Below are positions 1-10,663 of a stretch of 64,000 bases of DNA, piece after piece. The stretch spans positions 1,432 through 65,431 of the forward strand of contig CACFJZ010000002.1 in the NCBI GenBank assembly GCA_902566725.1, in the 5' to 3' direction. The notes under the pieces were generated by a model. The model searched no databases, was not told the DNA's origin, and was given only the letters and a program-made list of their open reading frames with translations. Position numbers and translations under genes: made by a program. The stretch comes from an uncultured marine group I thaumarchaeote (GTDB lineage Archaea > Thermoproteota > Nitrososphaeria > Nitrososphaerales > Nitrosopumilaceae). Each line of letters starts with the position of its first letter. The first letter of the stretch is position 1.

Positions 1-815
1 GCAGTGAACAAGGGTTTTGCTGAAATACGATTTTGTGTTAAAACGTATTGCCTAATTCGAAGCAAAGCAGACAAAGATTGGTTTTGACCAATTTGTATAC
101 CATTTTTTCTAAGAGTTTTGTAACGTTCATCAAGTGCAAGTTGTAGACATTTTTGTATCGCTTTCATTTCAGGTGAAAGATCAACCATAATCCATTCAGT
201 ATCTGTTTTTTGGATATAGGGTTGAACATCAGGGCTTTCATCAGTTCGCTGTAAGATATTTTGGATTCCAAGAGATGTGATGATTTCAGTAGCTTTTACC
301 TTTTCACTTGGCAAAGTGGCAGTCATCCCAAGAATTAGAGCTTTATCTTTGAAGTGATTTGCAATTGCAGTATATGCATAATCTCCAACTGCTCTATGAG
401 CTTCGTCAAATATCACAAGGCTGAATTGCTCAGTATCAATCATGTTTCTCTCCAAATCATTACGAGTAATTTCAGGAGTAGCACAAATGACGCTATTTAT
501 CCATGATTTTTTTCGTTTATTGATTAAATCTTCACCGGTAACAATTCCAATATCATCTAAAAGCAGATTTTCTTTAAGAAAATCATAATGTTGATTTACA
601 AGTACTCGAGTGGGTGCCAAAAATAGCACTCCACCTTTATTCTGAGAGAGGACATGAGCCATAATTTGCAATGCTATCGTAGTTTTACCAAGACCCGTAG
701 GAAGTACCACTAGAGAATTTTCATGTTTTGCATCATCAGAAAGATTTGTCTGATAATCACGCAATTCAATAGAATTTGGCTTAATCAGTTTGTGTTCAAA
801 AAAATCTGATCCCAT
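1..815 (-). CDS. Hef/ERCC4-like SF2 (DEAH) helicase, N-terminal part (runs off window start)
   Basis: Manual translation from ATG 815: MGSDFFEHKLIKPNSIELRDYQ...LVVLPTGLGKT (Q motif + Walker A), later IFDEAHR and LGMTAT motifs; not in the ORF track because it is truncated. Confidence 0.9.
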   Translation of the reverse strand, partial: MGSDFFEHKLIKPNSIELRDYQTNLSDDAKHENSLVVLPTGLGKTTIALQIMAHVLSQNKGGVLFLAPTRVLVNQHYDFLKENLLLDDIGIVTGEDLINKRKKSWINSVICATPEITRNDLERNMIDTEQFSLVIFDEAHRAVGDYAYTAIANHFKDKALILGMTATLPSEKVKATEIITSLGIQNILQRTDESPDVQPYIQKTDTEWIMVDLSPEMKAIQKCLQLALDERYKTLRKNGIQIGQNQSLSALLRIRQYVLTQNRISAKPLFT

Positions 816-936
816 AAAGTGAGATCAGTTTTACTTGTCATTTAATATTTCCAATTTATTAGATACAACCCAATGGTTTATCAAAAAAGATAGAATTCAT
901 GCAATGACATTATAAGATGCCAGATCAAAGAATTTC

Positions 937-1455
937 ATGGTTGAGGGTTTTGAGAGACCAAACTGGGACGAATATTTTATGCTTCAAGCAAAACTTGCAG
1001 CATTAAGATCAAACTGTATAACAAGACATGTAGGGGCAGTAATAGTTAGAGATCATAGACAATTAGCAACAGGATATAACGGAACACCTCCAGGAATTAA
1101 AAATTGCTTTGAAGGAGGATGCAAAAGATGTAGTGATAGAATGGAAGGCAAAATAAAAGCAGGAGAATCATTAGGAAAGTGTTTGTGCAATCATGCAGAG
1201 GCAAATGCCATTATGCATTGTGCAATTTTAGGAATTGAGGCAGGAGTGAAAGGAGCAACATTGTATTCAACATATGTCCCATGCTTAGAATGTACAAAAA
1301 TGGCAATTACCATTGGAATAAGAAAATTTGTATGTCTAGATGAATATCCAGGAACTGATTATGATTTAATAAAAGAAGCAGGAGTTGAAATTGACATTTT
1401 AGATAAAGCTAAGATTGAAAAATGGGCAGCCAAGCTGATTACCAAAAATGAATAG
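937..1455 (+). CDS. dCMP deaminase (cytidine/deoxycytidylate deaminase family)
   Basis: RPxWDEYFM start, TGYNG, HAEANA and PCxEC zinc motifs. Confidence 0.92.
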   Translation: MVEGFERPNWDEYFMLQAKLAALRSNCITRHVGAVIVRDHRQLATGYNGTPPGIKNCFEGGCKRCSDRMEGKIKAGESLGKCLCNHAEANAIMHCAILGIEAGVKGATLYSTYVPCLECTKMAITIGIRKFVCLDEYPGTDYDLIKEAGVEIDILDKAKIEKWAAKLITKNE

Positions 1456-1457
1456 AC

Positions 1458-4019
1458 ATGGAAGCAGTTGAAAACGTTAAACAAGACGAAGTAGCTAATA
1501 TTCCAAATTCACTATTAATTTCTGCAGCATATCTTGGAAAAACCAAGAAAGTTAGCCTCAAATTCTACAATCCAGAATCTGAAAAGATCTACATATGGGA
1601 AGATAAAACTGGGCATCAACCATATTGTTTTTCAAAAATGGCTCCTGAGGATTTAGAATTTTTATCAGAACGAGATGACGTCATAGAGATTAAAACCGTC
1701 AAAAAAATTGACACCTTAAAAGACAAAGAAATTCCAATTTCAAAGATTATTGTGACAGACCCATTGGCAATAGGAGGTACACAAACAACACAGAGTATAA
1801 GAAATGTGGTAGAATCGTGGGAATCAGATATCAAATATTATGAAAACTATCTTTACGACAATTCACTAATCATTGGAAAATACTATAAAATTGAAAATGA
1901 TAAGATAATTCCTCATGACTTTGAGATGTCTGATGAAACAAATCTTGCAATGAAGAGTATGCTTTTTGATAAATTAGCCAATACAGGAATGACAGATACA
2001 AAACAATTTCAAGAAGAAGTATCAAACTGGGCAGAACTTCTAAACCAACCTGTACCAAAAATTCGAAGAATTAGTCTAGACATAGAAGTAGAAACAGATG
2101 GGATGAGATTACCAGACGTGAAAATTGCGGATAAAAAAGTAACAGCTATAGGATTTGAAGCAAGTGACGGAATGAGAAGGGTTTTCGTCTTAAAAAGAGA
2201 CGGAATTGAAGAAGGGGTAAACGACTTGGATAAAAATATCGAAGTAGTGTTTTATGAAAAAGATCAAGAAAAAAAGCTAATCGAAGATGCATTTGGGTTG
2301 GTAAAAAAATATCCAGTATTAATCACATACAATGGAGATGGTTTTGATTTACCATATTTGTATAATCGTGCAAAAAGATTAGGAATTTCAGAAGATGTAA
2401 ATCCATTATACATGATGAAAGATTCTGCAACATTGACCAAAGGAGTTCATTTAGATTTGTACAGGACGTTTTCAAATAAAGCATTTCAAATTTACGTATT
2501 CTCACAAAAATATTCTGATTTCTCTCTCAATAGCGTTTCAAAGGGAGTGTTAGGCGAACAAAAAATGGACTATGGAGTGGAAATTGACAATATGACATAC
2601 TATCAAATTGCAAAATATTGCCAAAATGATGCATATCTAACATACAAGCTAACTAGTTTTAATGAAGATTTACTCATGAATCTTCTAGTCGTAATTACAA
2701 GAATTGCAAGAATGCCAATTGATGATATTTCAAGAATGGGAGTTTCACAATGGATTCGCAGTTTATTGTATTATGAACACAGAAAAAATAATTTTCTTAT
2801 ACCAAGACGAAATGAAATTGAAGAAAAATCAGCTGGAATGGCAAATGATGCAGTGATTAAAGATAAAAAATATCGAGGGGGTCTAGTAATAGAACCAATT
2901 GAAGGAGTTCATTTTGATGTAACAGTAATGGATTTTGCAAGTCTATATCCAAGCATAATCAAAGTAAATAATTTATCATATGAAACTGTTAGATGCCCAC
3001 ACGAAGAATGTAAAAAGAATGCAATACCAGGAACGTCTCATTGGGGATGTACAAAAAAGAACGGATTAACGTCATTAATTATTGGTTCATTACGAGATTT
3101 GAGAGTCAATTATTACAAAAGTTTATCAAAAAAAGAAAACATTACAGACGAAGAGAGACAGCTGTATACGGTAGTAAGTCAAGCTTTGAAGGTCATACTC
3201 AATGCCAGTTATGGAGTTATGGGTGCAGAAATATTCCCATTGTATTTTCTTCCAGCGGCAGAGGCAACTACTGCATTAGGAAGATACATCATTATGGATA
3301 CAATTGAAAAATGTAAAGGAATACAGTTAGAGGTTCTATATGGAGATACAGATTCACTTTTTGTAAAAAAACCAACTGTGCAACAAATTGACGATGTGAT
3401 AAAACTAGCAAAAGATGATCACGGAGTAGAATTAGAGATTGATAAGGAATACAGATATGTGGTATTAAGTAATAGGAAAAAAAATTATTTTGGAGTTACA
3501 AAAAAGGGTAAAGTTGACGTAAAAGGTCTAACAGGAAAAAAATCCCATACACCTCCATTCATCAAGACATTATTTTATGAACTACTAGACATTCTTGCAG
3601 AAGTTAAAAATGAAGAACAGTTCGAGAATGCAAAAAAGAAAGTTAGCAATAAAATTGCAGATTATGCAAAACGAGTTCAAGAAAAAAGTATTCCATTGAA
3701 AGAATTAACATTTAATGTTACACTCAGTAAAGCACCTGCAGAATATGTCAAAACAATCCCACAACACATTCGAGCTGCAAAACAACTGGAAACAACTAGA
3801 GAGATAAAGAAAGGAGATATCATATCATATGTTAAAATACTCAATAAGCCGGGTGTAAAACCAGTGGAATTAGCAAGGCAAGATGAAATTGACTCTGGAA
3901 AATACATGGAGTTTATGGAAAGTACTTTGGAGCAAATTACATCATCAATGGATCTAGATTTTGACACCATTCTCGGTAAACCAAAACAAACAGGACTGGA
4001 CCAATTTTTCTGGAATTAG
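1458..4019 (+). CDS. polB: Family B DNA polymerase (PolB1)
   Basis: Exonuclease DIE and YNGDGFDLPY motifs; polymerase DFASLYPSII, KVILNASYG, YGDTDS; C-terminal PIP box QTGLDQFF; no intein-sized insertion. Confidence 0.97.
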   Translation: MEAVENVKQDEVANIPNSLLISAAYLGKTKKVSLKFYNPESEKIYIWEDKTGHQPYCFSKMAPEDLEFLSERDDVIEIKTVKKIDTLKDKEIPISKIIVTDPLAIGGTQTTQSIRNVVESWESDIKYYENYLYDNSLIIGKYYKIENDKIIPHDFEMSDETNLAMKSMLFDKLANTGMTDTKQFQEEVSNWAELLNQPVPKIRRISLDIEVETDGMRLPDVKIADKKVTAIGFEASDGMRRVFVLKRDGIEEGVNDLDKNIEVVFYEKDQEKKLIEDAFGLVKKYPVLITYNGDGFDLPYLYNRAKRLGISEDVNPLYMMKDSATLTKGVHLDLYRTFSNKAFQIYVFSQKYSDFSLNSVSKGVLGEQKMDYGVEIDNMTYYQIAKYCQNDAYLTYKLTSFNEDLLMNLLVVITRIARMPIDDISRMGVSQWIRSLLYYEHRKNNFLIPRRNEIEEKSAGMANDAVIKDKKYRGGLVIEPIEGVHFDVTVMDFASLYPSIIKVNNLSYETVRCPHEECKKNAIPGTSHWGCTKKNGLTSLIIGSLRDLRVNYYKSLSKKENITDEERQLYTVVSQALKVILNASYGVMGAEIFPLYFLPAAEATTALGRYIIMDTIEKCKGIQLEVLYGDTDSLFVKKPTVQQIDDVIKLAKDDHGVELEIDKEYRYVVLSNRKKNYFGVTKKGKVDVKGLTGKKSHTPPFIKTLFYELLDILAEVKNEEQFENAKKKVSNKIADYAKRVQEKSIPLKELTFNVTLSKAPAEYVKTIPQHIRAAKQLETTREIKKGDIISYVKILNKPGVKPVELARQDEIDSGKYMEFMESTLEQITSSMDLDFDTILGKPKQTGLDQFFWN

Positions 4020-4021
4020 AC

Positions 4022-4309
4022 ATGCTTGACGAAGTTACTTTAGGAATTGTTGCCATAGCAGCAGGAATTTTAATCCTCATTGGATGGGTTCCACAAATAA
4101 TTCAAGGCTATAAAACAAAGAAGCTTGAAGATGTTTCAAAATATTTGGTCATTGCAATATTTTCAGGAGCAGTATTATGGCTTATTTATGGAATTGAAAT
4201 TGATGATATTTACATCATAGGTGTTAATGTAGCAGCCATGTTTCTTACAATGACAGTTCTCATAATGAAGCTAAAATATGAGAAAGCATTCGAATCAATT
4301 AGGAAATAA
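4022..4309 (+). CDS. SemiSWEET/PQ-loop (MtN3) small membrane transporter
   Basis: 95 aa, three hydrophobic helices, PQ motif (WVPQII), WLIYG and conserved Asn in helix 3. Confidence 0.8.
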   Translation: MLDEVTLGIVAIAAGILILIGWVPQIIQGYKTKKLEDVSKYLVIAIFSGAVLWLIYGIEIDDIYIIGVNVAAMFLTMTVLIMKLKYEKAFESIRK

Positions 4310-4310
4310 C

Positions 4311-4973
4311 ATGTTTATCATAAATTGTAAAAATTATGACGAGATTGCAGGAGATAAGATTGTCAAGATGGCAAAAATTGCAGAAAAAATTTCAAAGAAA
4401 TACAAAGTATCAATTGCCATAGCACCCCCACATCATCTTATTCCATTAATCACAAAATTCAAGATTACAGTTTTGGCACAACACGTAGACGATAAAAAAG
4501 TTGGAAGTACCACAGGATTTATGGTTCCTGAAATTGTAAAAAAGTCAAAAGTTTCAGGTTCAATCATAAATCATAGTGAGCATCGAATTTCTGAAAAAGA
4601 GATTATCTCATTAGTCAAACGATTACAAAAGTTAAAGCTCAAAACAGTTCTGTGTGTAAAAAATGTCAATGAGGCAAAAAAATATGCAAAGTTGAACCCA
4701 ACATTCATTGCGATAGAACCTCCAGAATTGATTGGCACAGGCAGGGCAATTTCTACAGAAAAACCAGCATTGATTACAAATGCCGTACAAGCAGTAAAGT
4801 CTGCAAAAAACTCGACAAAGCTTTTGTGTGGAGCAGGGATTGTTTCAGGCGAAGATGTATCAAAAGCAAGAGAGCTTGGATCAAGAGGAATACTTGTTGC
4901 AAGCGGAATTGTCAAAGCAAAAAACTGGGAGAAAATAATCTCAGAGTTTTGTAAGGGTTTAAAAAGCCAGTAA
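4311..4973 (+). CDS. tpiA: Triosephosphate isomerase, archaeal type
   Basis: INCKNY, NHSEHR, AIEPPELIGTG, LCGAGI, GILVASG; start moved to ATG 4311, just after the upstream stop. Confidence 0.95.
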   Translation: MFIINCKNYDEIAGDKIVKMAKIAEKISKKYKVSIAIAPPHHLIPLITKFKITVLAQHVDDKKVGSTTGFMVPEIVKKSKVSGSIINHSEHRISEKEIISLVKRLQKLKLKTVLCVKNVNEAKKYAKLNPTFIAIEPPELIGTGRAISTEKPALITNAVQAVKSAKNSTKLLCGAGIVSGEDVSKARELGSRGILVASGIVKAKNWEKIISEFCKGLKSQ

Positions 4974-4988
4974 ATCGACAAATTTTTC

Positions 4989-7655
4989 ATGGCAAAAAAC
5001 AAACCAGTTTACGCATTTGAAGAGGCCGATAGTAAAAAGAGAATGTTGTTAGGAGGTAAAGGTGCAGGATTGAGCGAAATGACACGCCTAAAATTGCCAG
5101 TTCCACCAGGATTTACAATTACAACAGAAGTTTGTAACAAGTATTATGATAATGGAAGAAAGCTTCCAAAAGATGTCATGCCAGCAGTTATGAAAAATAT
5201 TACAAAGATGGAAAAAAAGACAGGAAAAAAATGGAATTCAACAAAAAATCCACTTTTAGTTTCTGTACGTTCTGGAGCTGCAATTTCTATGCCAGGAATG
5301 ATGGATACAATTTTGAATCTAGGATTAAATGAAAAAACAGTAGAAGGTTTTGCAGAACAAACACAGAATCCAAGATTCTCATGGGATTCTTACAGGAGAT
5401 TCATCCAATTATTTGGAAAAGTTGTATTTGGAGTAAATGATGAAAAATTCGATCATGTTTTAGATTCTGCAAAGACGAAACAAGGAGTTACTGATGATAG
5501 TAAGCTAAATGTTGAATCACTAAAGAAAATTGTCACCGAATATAAGAAAATTTGTGAAGAGCATACAAAAAGAAAATTCCCAGATACACCTAACGAACAA
5601 TTAGGATTGGCAATTGAAGCGGTATTCAAAAGTTGGATGGGAGAAAGAGCAGTAGTCTATAGAGAGAAAAATGGGATTACTAAAGATATTGCAAATGGAA
5701 CTGCAGTAAATGTTGTAACAATGGTATTTGGCAATATGGGAGATGACAGTGCAACAGGGGTGGTATTTACAAGAAACGGACATAATGGAAAAAGAGAGAT
5801 TGAAGGAGAATATCTTACAAACGCTCAAGGAGAAGATGTTGTTGCCGGAGTAAGAACTGGAAAAAATGTTGAATTATTAAAAAAAGAGATGCCAAAATCT
5901 CATAAAGAATTGAGCAACGCATGTGCAAAATTAGAGAAACATTTCAGGGAACCGCAAGATATTGAATTTACAATAGAGCAAGGAAAATTCTACTTGCTAC
6001 AAACAAGAACTGCAAAGATGAGCGCAGGTGCACTTGTAAAAACTTCAGTAGACATGGTAAAAGAAAAATTAATTGATAAAAACAGAGCGTTGACAAGAAT
6101 TCCAGCACAACAACTCGAAGCATTATTGCATAGAACAATGGATGAATCAAAAATTAAAGAGCATAAACAATTAGCAAAAGGAATTGCAGCATCGCCTGGA
6201 GCCGCAAGCGGAATTGCCATTTTTGATGTAAAAAAAGCAATTGAGTTAGGCGAAGCAGGAAAAAAGGTCATTTTAATTAGAAAAGAAACAAAACCAGAAG
6301 ATGTTCCAGCATTTTTCTCTTCAGAGGGAATTTTAACAAGTCTTGGAGGAAAATCATCACATGCTGCAATTGTTTCAAGAGGAATGGGAAAACCATGTAT
6401 CGTAGGATGTTCAGAATTAAAAATTGATTATGACAATAACACATGTACTGCAAACGGAATTACAGTTAAAGAAAATGAAATGATTTCAATTGATGGAAGT
6501 GTAGGTACAGTTTTCATCGGAGAGGTTCCTACAGTAGAACCAAAAGTAACTAAAGACTTTCAAACAATTCTTAGTTGGGCACAAAATACTAAACAGTTAG
6601 GAATTCGTGCAAACGCAGATACACCAGATGCAGCAAAGCTAGCAAGGCAATACGGAGCACAGGGAATTGGATTGTGCAGGACGGAGAGGATGTTTAACGA
6701 AGCAGACAGGATTGGATTGTTTGTTGAAATGATTATGGCGCAATCAGAAAATGAAAGAAATCAAGTATTAAAGAAACTACAAGAATTACAAAAAAGTGAC
6801 TTCATTGGAATCTTAAAGGCAATGGAAGGATACAAAGTCACAATCAGACTATTAGATCCACCACTGCATGAATTTTTGCCAAATCCTGAAGAACTGAAAG
6901 AAAAGATGACTAAAGAAAATGATAACAGTGAAAAGACAAAACGTGTTCTAGATAGAGCACGAGAATTAGCAGAGATAAATCCAATGATGGGACATAGGGG
7001 AGTAAGAGTTGCCATCACATATCCAGAAATATACAGAATGCAAATTACTGCAGTTTTTGAAGCTGCAGCAGAACTTGCAAAGAAAAAGGTCAATGCAAAG
7101 CCACAGATAATGATTCCACAGGTAGGAAGTTTAGCAGAATTAAATTATATCAAATCAATTTATGATGATGTAAAAAAACAGATGGAACAGAAATACAAGA
7201 TGAAATTTAAGATAAACTTTGGAACAATGTTAGAAGTTGTTCGTGCATGTTTAACATCTGATGAGTTAGCAGATACTGCAGAATTTTTCAGTTTTGGAAC
7301 AAACGACTTAACACAGGCTGTATTTAGTTTTAGTAGAGAAGATGCAGAAGGAAAATTCCTTCCAGAATATATGGAAAAAGAACTCCTAGAAACAAGCCCA
7401 TTCCAATCAATTGATGTTAATGGAGTAGGGCATCTTATGAAAATTGGAATTAAACAAGGAAGAGATATGAAAAAAGACTTGGAAATTGGAATTTGTGGAG
7501 AACATGGGGGAGATCCAAATTCAATTAAATTCTGTCATTCAGCAGATGTATCATATGTTAGTGCATCACCACATAGAATTCCTATAGCAATTGTTGCAGC
7601 AGCACAAGCATCAATTGAACAAAAAAAATCAAAATCTAACAAGAAAAAGAAATAA
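4989..7655 (+). CDS. ppdK: Pyruvate, phosphate dikinase
   Basis: LLGGKGAGL, SMPGMMDT, GGKSSHAAIV (phospho-His), FSFGTNDLTQ, GICGEHGGDP. Confidence 0.97.
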   Translation: MAKNKPVYAFEEADSKKRMLLGGKGAGLSEMTRLKLPVPPGFTITTEVCNKYYDNGRKLPKDVMPAVMKNITKMEKKTGKKWNSTKNPLLVSVRSGAAISMPGMMDTILNLGLNEKTVEGFAEQTQNPRFSWDSYRRFIQLFGKVVFGVNDEKFDHVLDSAKTKQGVTDDSKLNVESLKKIVTEYKKICEEHTKRKFPDTPNEQLGLAIEAVFKSWMGERAVVYREKNGITKDIANGTAVNVVTMVFGNMGDDSATGVVFTRNGHNGKREIEGEYLTNAQGEDVVAGVRTGKNVELLKKEMPKSHKELSNACAKLEKHFREPQDIEFTIEQGKFYLLQTRTAKMSAGALVKTSVDMVKEKLIDKNRALTRIPAQQLEALLHRTMDESKIKEHKQLAKGIAASPGAASGIAIFDVKKAIELGEAGKKVILIRKETKPEDVPAFFSSEGILTSLGGKSSHAAIVSRGMGKPCIVGCSELKIDYDNNTCTANGITVKENEMISIDGSVGTVFIGEVPTVEPKVTKDFQTILSWAQNTKQLGIRANADTPDAAKLARQYGAQGIGLCRTERMFNEADRIGLFVEMIMAQSENERNQVLKKLQELQKSDFIGILKAMEGYKVTIRLLDPPLHEFLPNPEELKEKMTKENDNSEKTKRVLDRARELAEINPMMGHRGVRVAITYPEIYRMQITAVFEAAAELAKKKVNAKPQIMIPQVGSLAELNYIKSIYDDVKKQMEQKYKMKFKINFGTMLEVVRACLTSDELADTAEFFSFGTNDLTQAVFSFSREDAEGKFLPEYMEKELLETSPFQSIDVNGVGHLMKIGIKQGRDMKKDLEIGICGEHGGDPNSIKFCHSADVSYVSASPHRIPIAIVAAAQASIEQKKSKSNKKKK

Positions 7656-7747
7656 TCTCATTTGGTCCAATAAGTCAAAAATAGTCCTAGTGGAATTACA
7701 ATTTATTTAGGATCAAACCTATATTGCACTTGGAAATTAATAGTCGT

Positions 7748-7942
7748 ATGGCAACAATGTGCTTCAATTGTAAACAAGATATTGAAAATCATGATTCTCA
7801 TAAATCAAGTAATTGCCTAGGTGCATTATCTAAAAGACTTGAATCAATGGAAAATGTCTTGCAAGTACCAAATGATGACGAGGCATTAGATTACTTCTCT
7901 AACACTAAACTTGGAGAAGCAAGTAGAATGGGCTCAAAATAA
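7748..7942 (+). CDS. Small hypothetical protein with CxxC...H...C motif
   Basis: ATG 7748 gives MATMCFNCKQDIENHDSHKSSNCL...; fills the gap between ppdK and ndh. Confidence 0.65.
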   Translation: MATMCFNCKQDIENHDSHKSSNCLGALSKRLESMENVLQVPNDDEALDYFSNTKLGEASRMGSK

Positions 7943-7958
7943 CATCAAAGGTAGCAAA

Positions 7959-9332
7959 TCATCTCACATCATCTACTTCGTCAAGTTCAGTTCTAGAGTT
8001 ACCATTTTTTGTGATGATTTTTAGACGAGAAATGTCTCTTTTAAAAAATAATTCCAGTGTCCAATCTAACCACACACGAAATTTTTTGTCATATGTACGG
8101 ATTTTAGAAAGATAGAGATTTCTCCACATCAAAAAAGCCAAAAAACCTGCAACATTTATTCCAAAAAAAGATGCTATTCCAGTACGTTTTCCTATTATTG
8201 CACTTTGACCTTTCCATGTATAATCAAATTTTAACATTGAACGTCCGTTTAACAATTCTTTCAAATTTTTTGCAGCAATTTTTGCATGAGCCTCTGCAAT
8301 TTGTGCAGTAGGAGGAAAAGGCTTCATTGTTAGTTTCGGATCAAATGTAGAACAATCACCAATTGCAAATACTTCTGGAAATTGAGGAACTTGAAGAAAT
8401 TCATTTACAACTATTCGACCTTTATGAGTTTCAAACAATGATTCTTTGATTAGATCAATAGGAGTAACACCTGCAGTCCAAACAAGAGTTCGAGACGGAA
8501 TTGAATCAAGTGAGACTAATTGAGAATGACCTTTTTGTTGGGAGGAATCACTCAATAGAATCTTGTTTGAGGGAGATTTACTTTGTAGTAAGACTTCTTT
8601 ACCATCAAATGAAGTTACACCGGCATCAAGGATTAATTCGATTCCACGTTCTACAAGTTTTTCTTTTGCAAAACCTGCAAGTTTAACTGGAAATCCTGCA
8701 AGAATTTCAGTGGATGCTTCAATTAAGGTCACCTTTACGTCGGTTTCAGTTATGTTTGGATAATATTCAGCAACATCTGCAATAAAATCATTTAATTCAC
8801 CTGCAGTTTCTACTCCTGCAAAACCTCCACCAACAATAACAATTCGCAGTAGTGCCTTGCGTAAAATTGGATCAGTTTCGTTTTCTGCTTGTTCTAAAAG
8901 ATCAATGATTCTATTTCGAAGTATGATGGCATCATTGATGGTATTCATTTGATATGAATTTTCTTCAACATTTTTCATTCCAAAGAAATTAGTTTTACTT
9001 CCTAGTGCAACTATTAGAAAATCATAGTGAAGTATCATTCCTCTATTTTCATTTGTTCCATAAAGTGTCACAGATTTTCCGTGAGGATCGATATGTTTTA
9101 TTTTAGCCTCATAGAATTTGGTTTTGTTAATTAGAGTTCTAATAGGGGTAACAATATGTCTAGTTTCAATCGTACCTGAAGCAACTTGAGGTAACATAGG
9201 AGTAAATAAAATGAAATTATCTTCACTAACCATTGTAATTTCAATATCAGAGTTATTTCCAAAATAGGATTCTAATTTCAAACAACATTCAACACCCGCA
9301 AACCCGCCACCTAGGATTAGAATTCGTTTCAT
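7959..9332 (-). CDS. ndh: Type II NADH:quinone oxidoreductase-like flavoprotein
   Basis: Two GGGFAG Rossmann motifs, FTPMLPQVASG, VWTAGV, VFAIGDC, PPTAQIA. Confidence 0.88.
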   Translation of the reverse strand: MKRILILGGGFAGVECCLKLESYFGNNSDIEITMVSEDNFILFTPMLPQVASGTIETRHIVTPIRTLINKTKFYEAKIKHIDPHGKSVTLYGTNENRGMILHYDFLIVALGSKTNFFGMKNVEENSYQMNTINDAIILRNRIIDLLEQAENETDPILRKALLRIVIVGGGFAGVETAGELNDFIADVAEYYPNITETDVKVTLIEASTEILAGFPVKLAGFAKEKLVERGIELILDAGVTSFDGKEVLLQSKSPSNKILLSDSSQQKGHSQLVSLDSIPSRTLVWTAGVTPIDLIKESLFETHKGRIVVNEFLQVPQFPEVFAIGDCSTFDPKLTMKPFPPTAQIAEAHAKIAAKNLKELLNGRSMLKFDYTWKGQSAIIGKRTGIASFFGINVAGFLAFLMWRNLYLSKIRTYDKKFRVWLDWTLELFFKRDISRLKIITKNGNSRTELDEVDDVR

Positions 9333-9410
9333 AATATTATGAGGGAGGTTCTAGAATTAATAACGTATTATGAGAAAAACTAGAAAAGTAACATACCATC
9401 AGAATTATTC

Positions 9411-9965
9411 GTGTTACCATCAATTGAGAGCATTAAGCAGCAACGACTGAAAATTGGAATAACTCAAAAGGAGTTAGCCAATCAGGTCGGGGTAAGTACA
9501 TCAATGATTAATCAAATTGAATCTGGACGTAGTGCTCCAAGTTATGAAACAGCAAAGAAAATTTTCGAGGTTTTAGAAAAACAAGAGAGAGAGGCTGCAG
9601 GAGCAAAAGGCAATGCAGGAGATTTATGTACTCAGAAAATTTTCAAATTAAAATCAACCAATACACTAGGAGAAGCAATGACAAAAATGAATAAAGAAAA
9701 AATTAGCCAGATTCCAATTTTTAGTGAAAATAATATTGTAGGAATAATTTCTGATTCAGGAATTATTTCGCATATGAATGAAGGATTATCAAAAAAGACC
9801 AAAATTGGAGACATAATGGAACCAGCACCACCAGTGGTAGATATAGAAACACCTGCAAGTACACTTGCACCACTAATCAAATATTCAAAATGTATTCTTG
9901 TTAGGAAAGATTCAAAAATTTTCGGAATTATTACAGCATCAGATACACTAAAGATGATGGAATAA
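9411..9965 (+). CDS. XRE-HTH + CBS-pair transcriptional regulator
   Basis: GITQKELANQVGVSTSMINQIESG helix-turn-helix followed by two CBS repeats (SQIPI, GIITASD). Confidence 0.88.
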   Translation: MLPSIESIKQQRLKIGITQKELANQVGVSTSMINQIESGRSAPSYETAKKIFEVLEKQEREAAGAKGNAGDLCTQKIFKLKSTNTLGEAMTKMNKEKISQIPIFSENNIVGIISDSGIISHMNEGLSKKTKIGDIMEPAPPVVDIETPASTLAPLIKYSKCILVRKDSKIFGIITASDTLKMME

Positions 9966-10035
9966 TCTTAGATGTATCCAGTAAGAATTTCTTTTCGGAT
10001 AATTTTTAAAAATTCATGGCATGAATTGTAGAAGA

Positions 10036-10641
10036 TTAATTGAATTTGTTTTCAAATACAACTTCATCTAATGGTAGTTGCCCACCACGCTCTGTTGGAG
10101 GAGCCGCGGCCTTACCAACGACAATCATCATGACAATAATATAATCATCTGGAAGATTAATGATTTTTGCCATTTCATCATATTCAAATCCAACCATAGG
10201 ACAAGAGTCAAGACCCATTTGTTTTGCTGCAAGCATTATCGTTTGAGCTGCAAATCCACAAGAACGCATTGCTTCATCACGTCTATTTTGTGAACTTTCT
10301 GAATATTTTTTGTGCATTGCATCTTTTACGTGTTCTTGTTTTTCTAGAGGATGATTTTTCCAATATCTCATTGGATCATCTTTCCAAGCATTTGTGTTAC
10401 CACATAGTAAGATTACAAGAGAGCCATCTAACGGTTGGGCTTGATTTCGTGCAGCGACATGGATTTTTTCTTTTACTGCATGATCTGTGACAGTTACAAA
10501 TCTCCAGTTTTGTTGATTATAGCTTGTAGGAGATAGTATTGCAAGTTCCATTAAGGATTTCACCTGTTCAGGAGTCATTTTGTAATTACTATCAAATTTT
10601 TTTATTGCACGTCTTGTCTTAATTGCATCAAAAGTGTCCAT
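10036..10641 (-). CDS. Nitroreductase family flavoprotein
   Basis: RRAIKKF, SPTSYNQQNWRF, GLDSCPMVGF. Confidence 0.9.
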   Translation of the reverse strand: MDTFDAIKTRRAIKKFDSNYKMTPEQVKSLMELAILSPTSYNQQNWRFVTVTDHAVKEKIHVAARNQAQPLDGSLVILLCGNTNAWKDDPMRYWKNHPLEKQEHVKDAMHKKYSESSQNRRDEAMRSCGFAAQTIMLAAKQMGLDSCPMVGFEYDEMAKIINLPDDYIIVMMIVVGKAAAPPTERGGQLPLDEVVFENKFN

Positions 10642-10663
10642 TTTCTATATTCACATCAGTATT

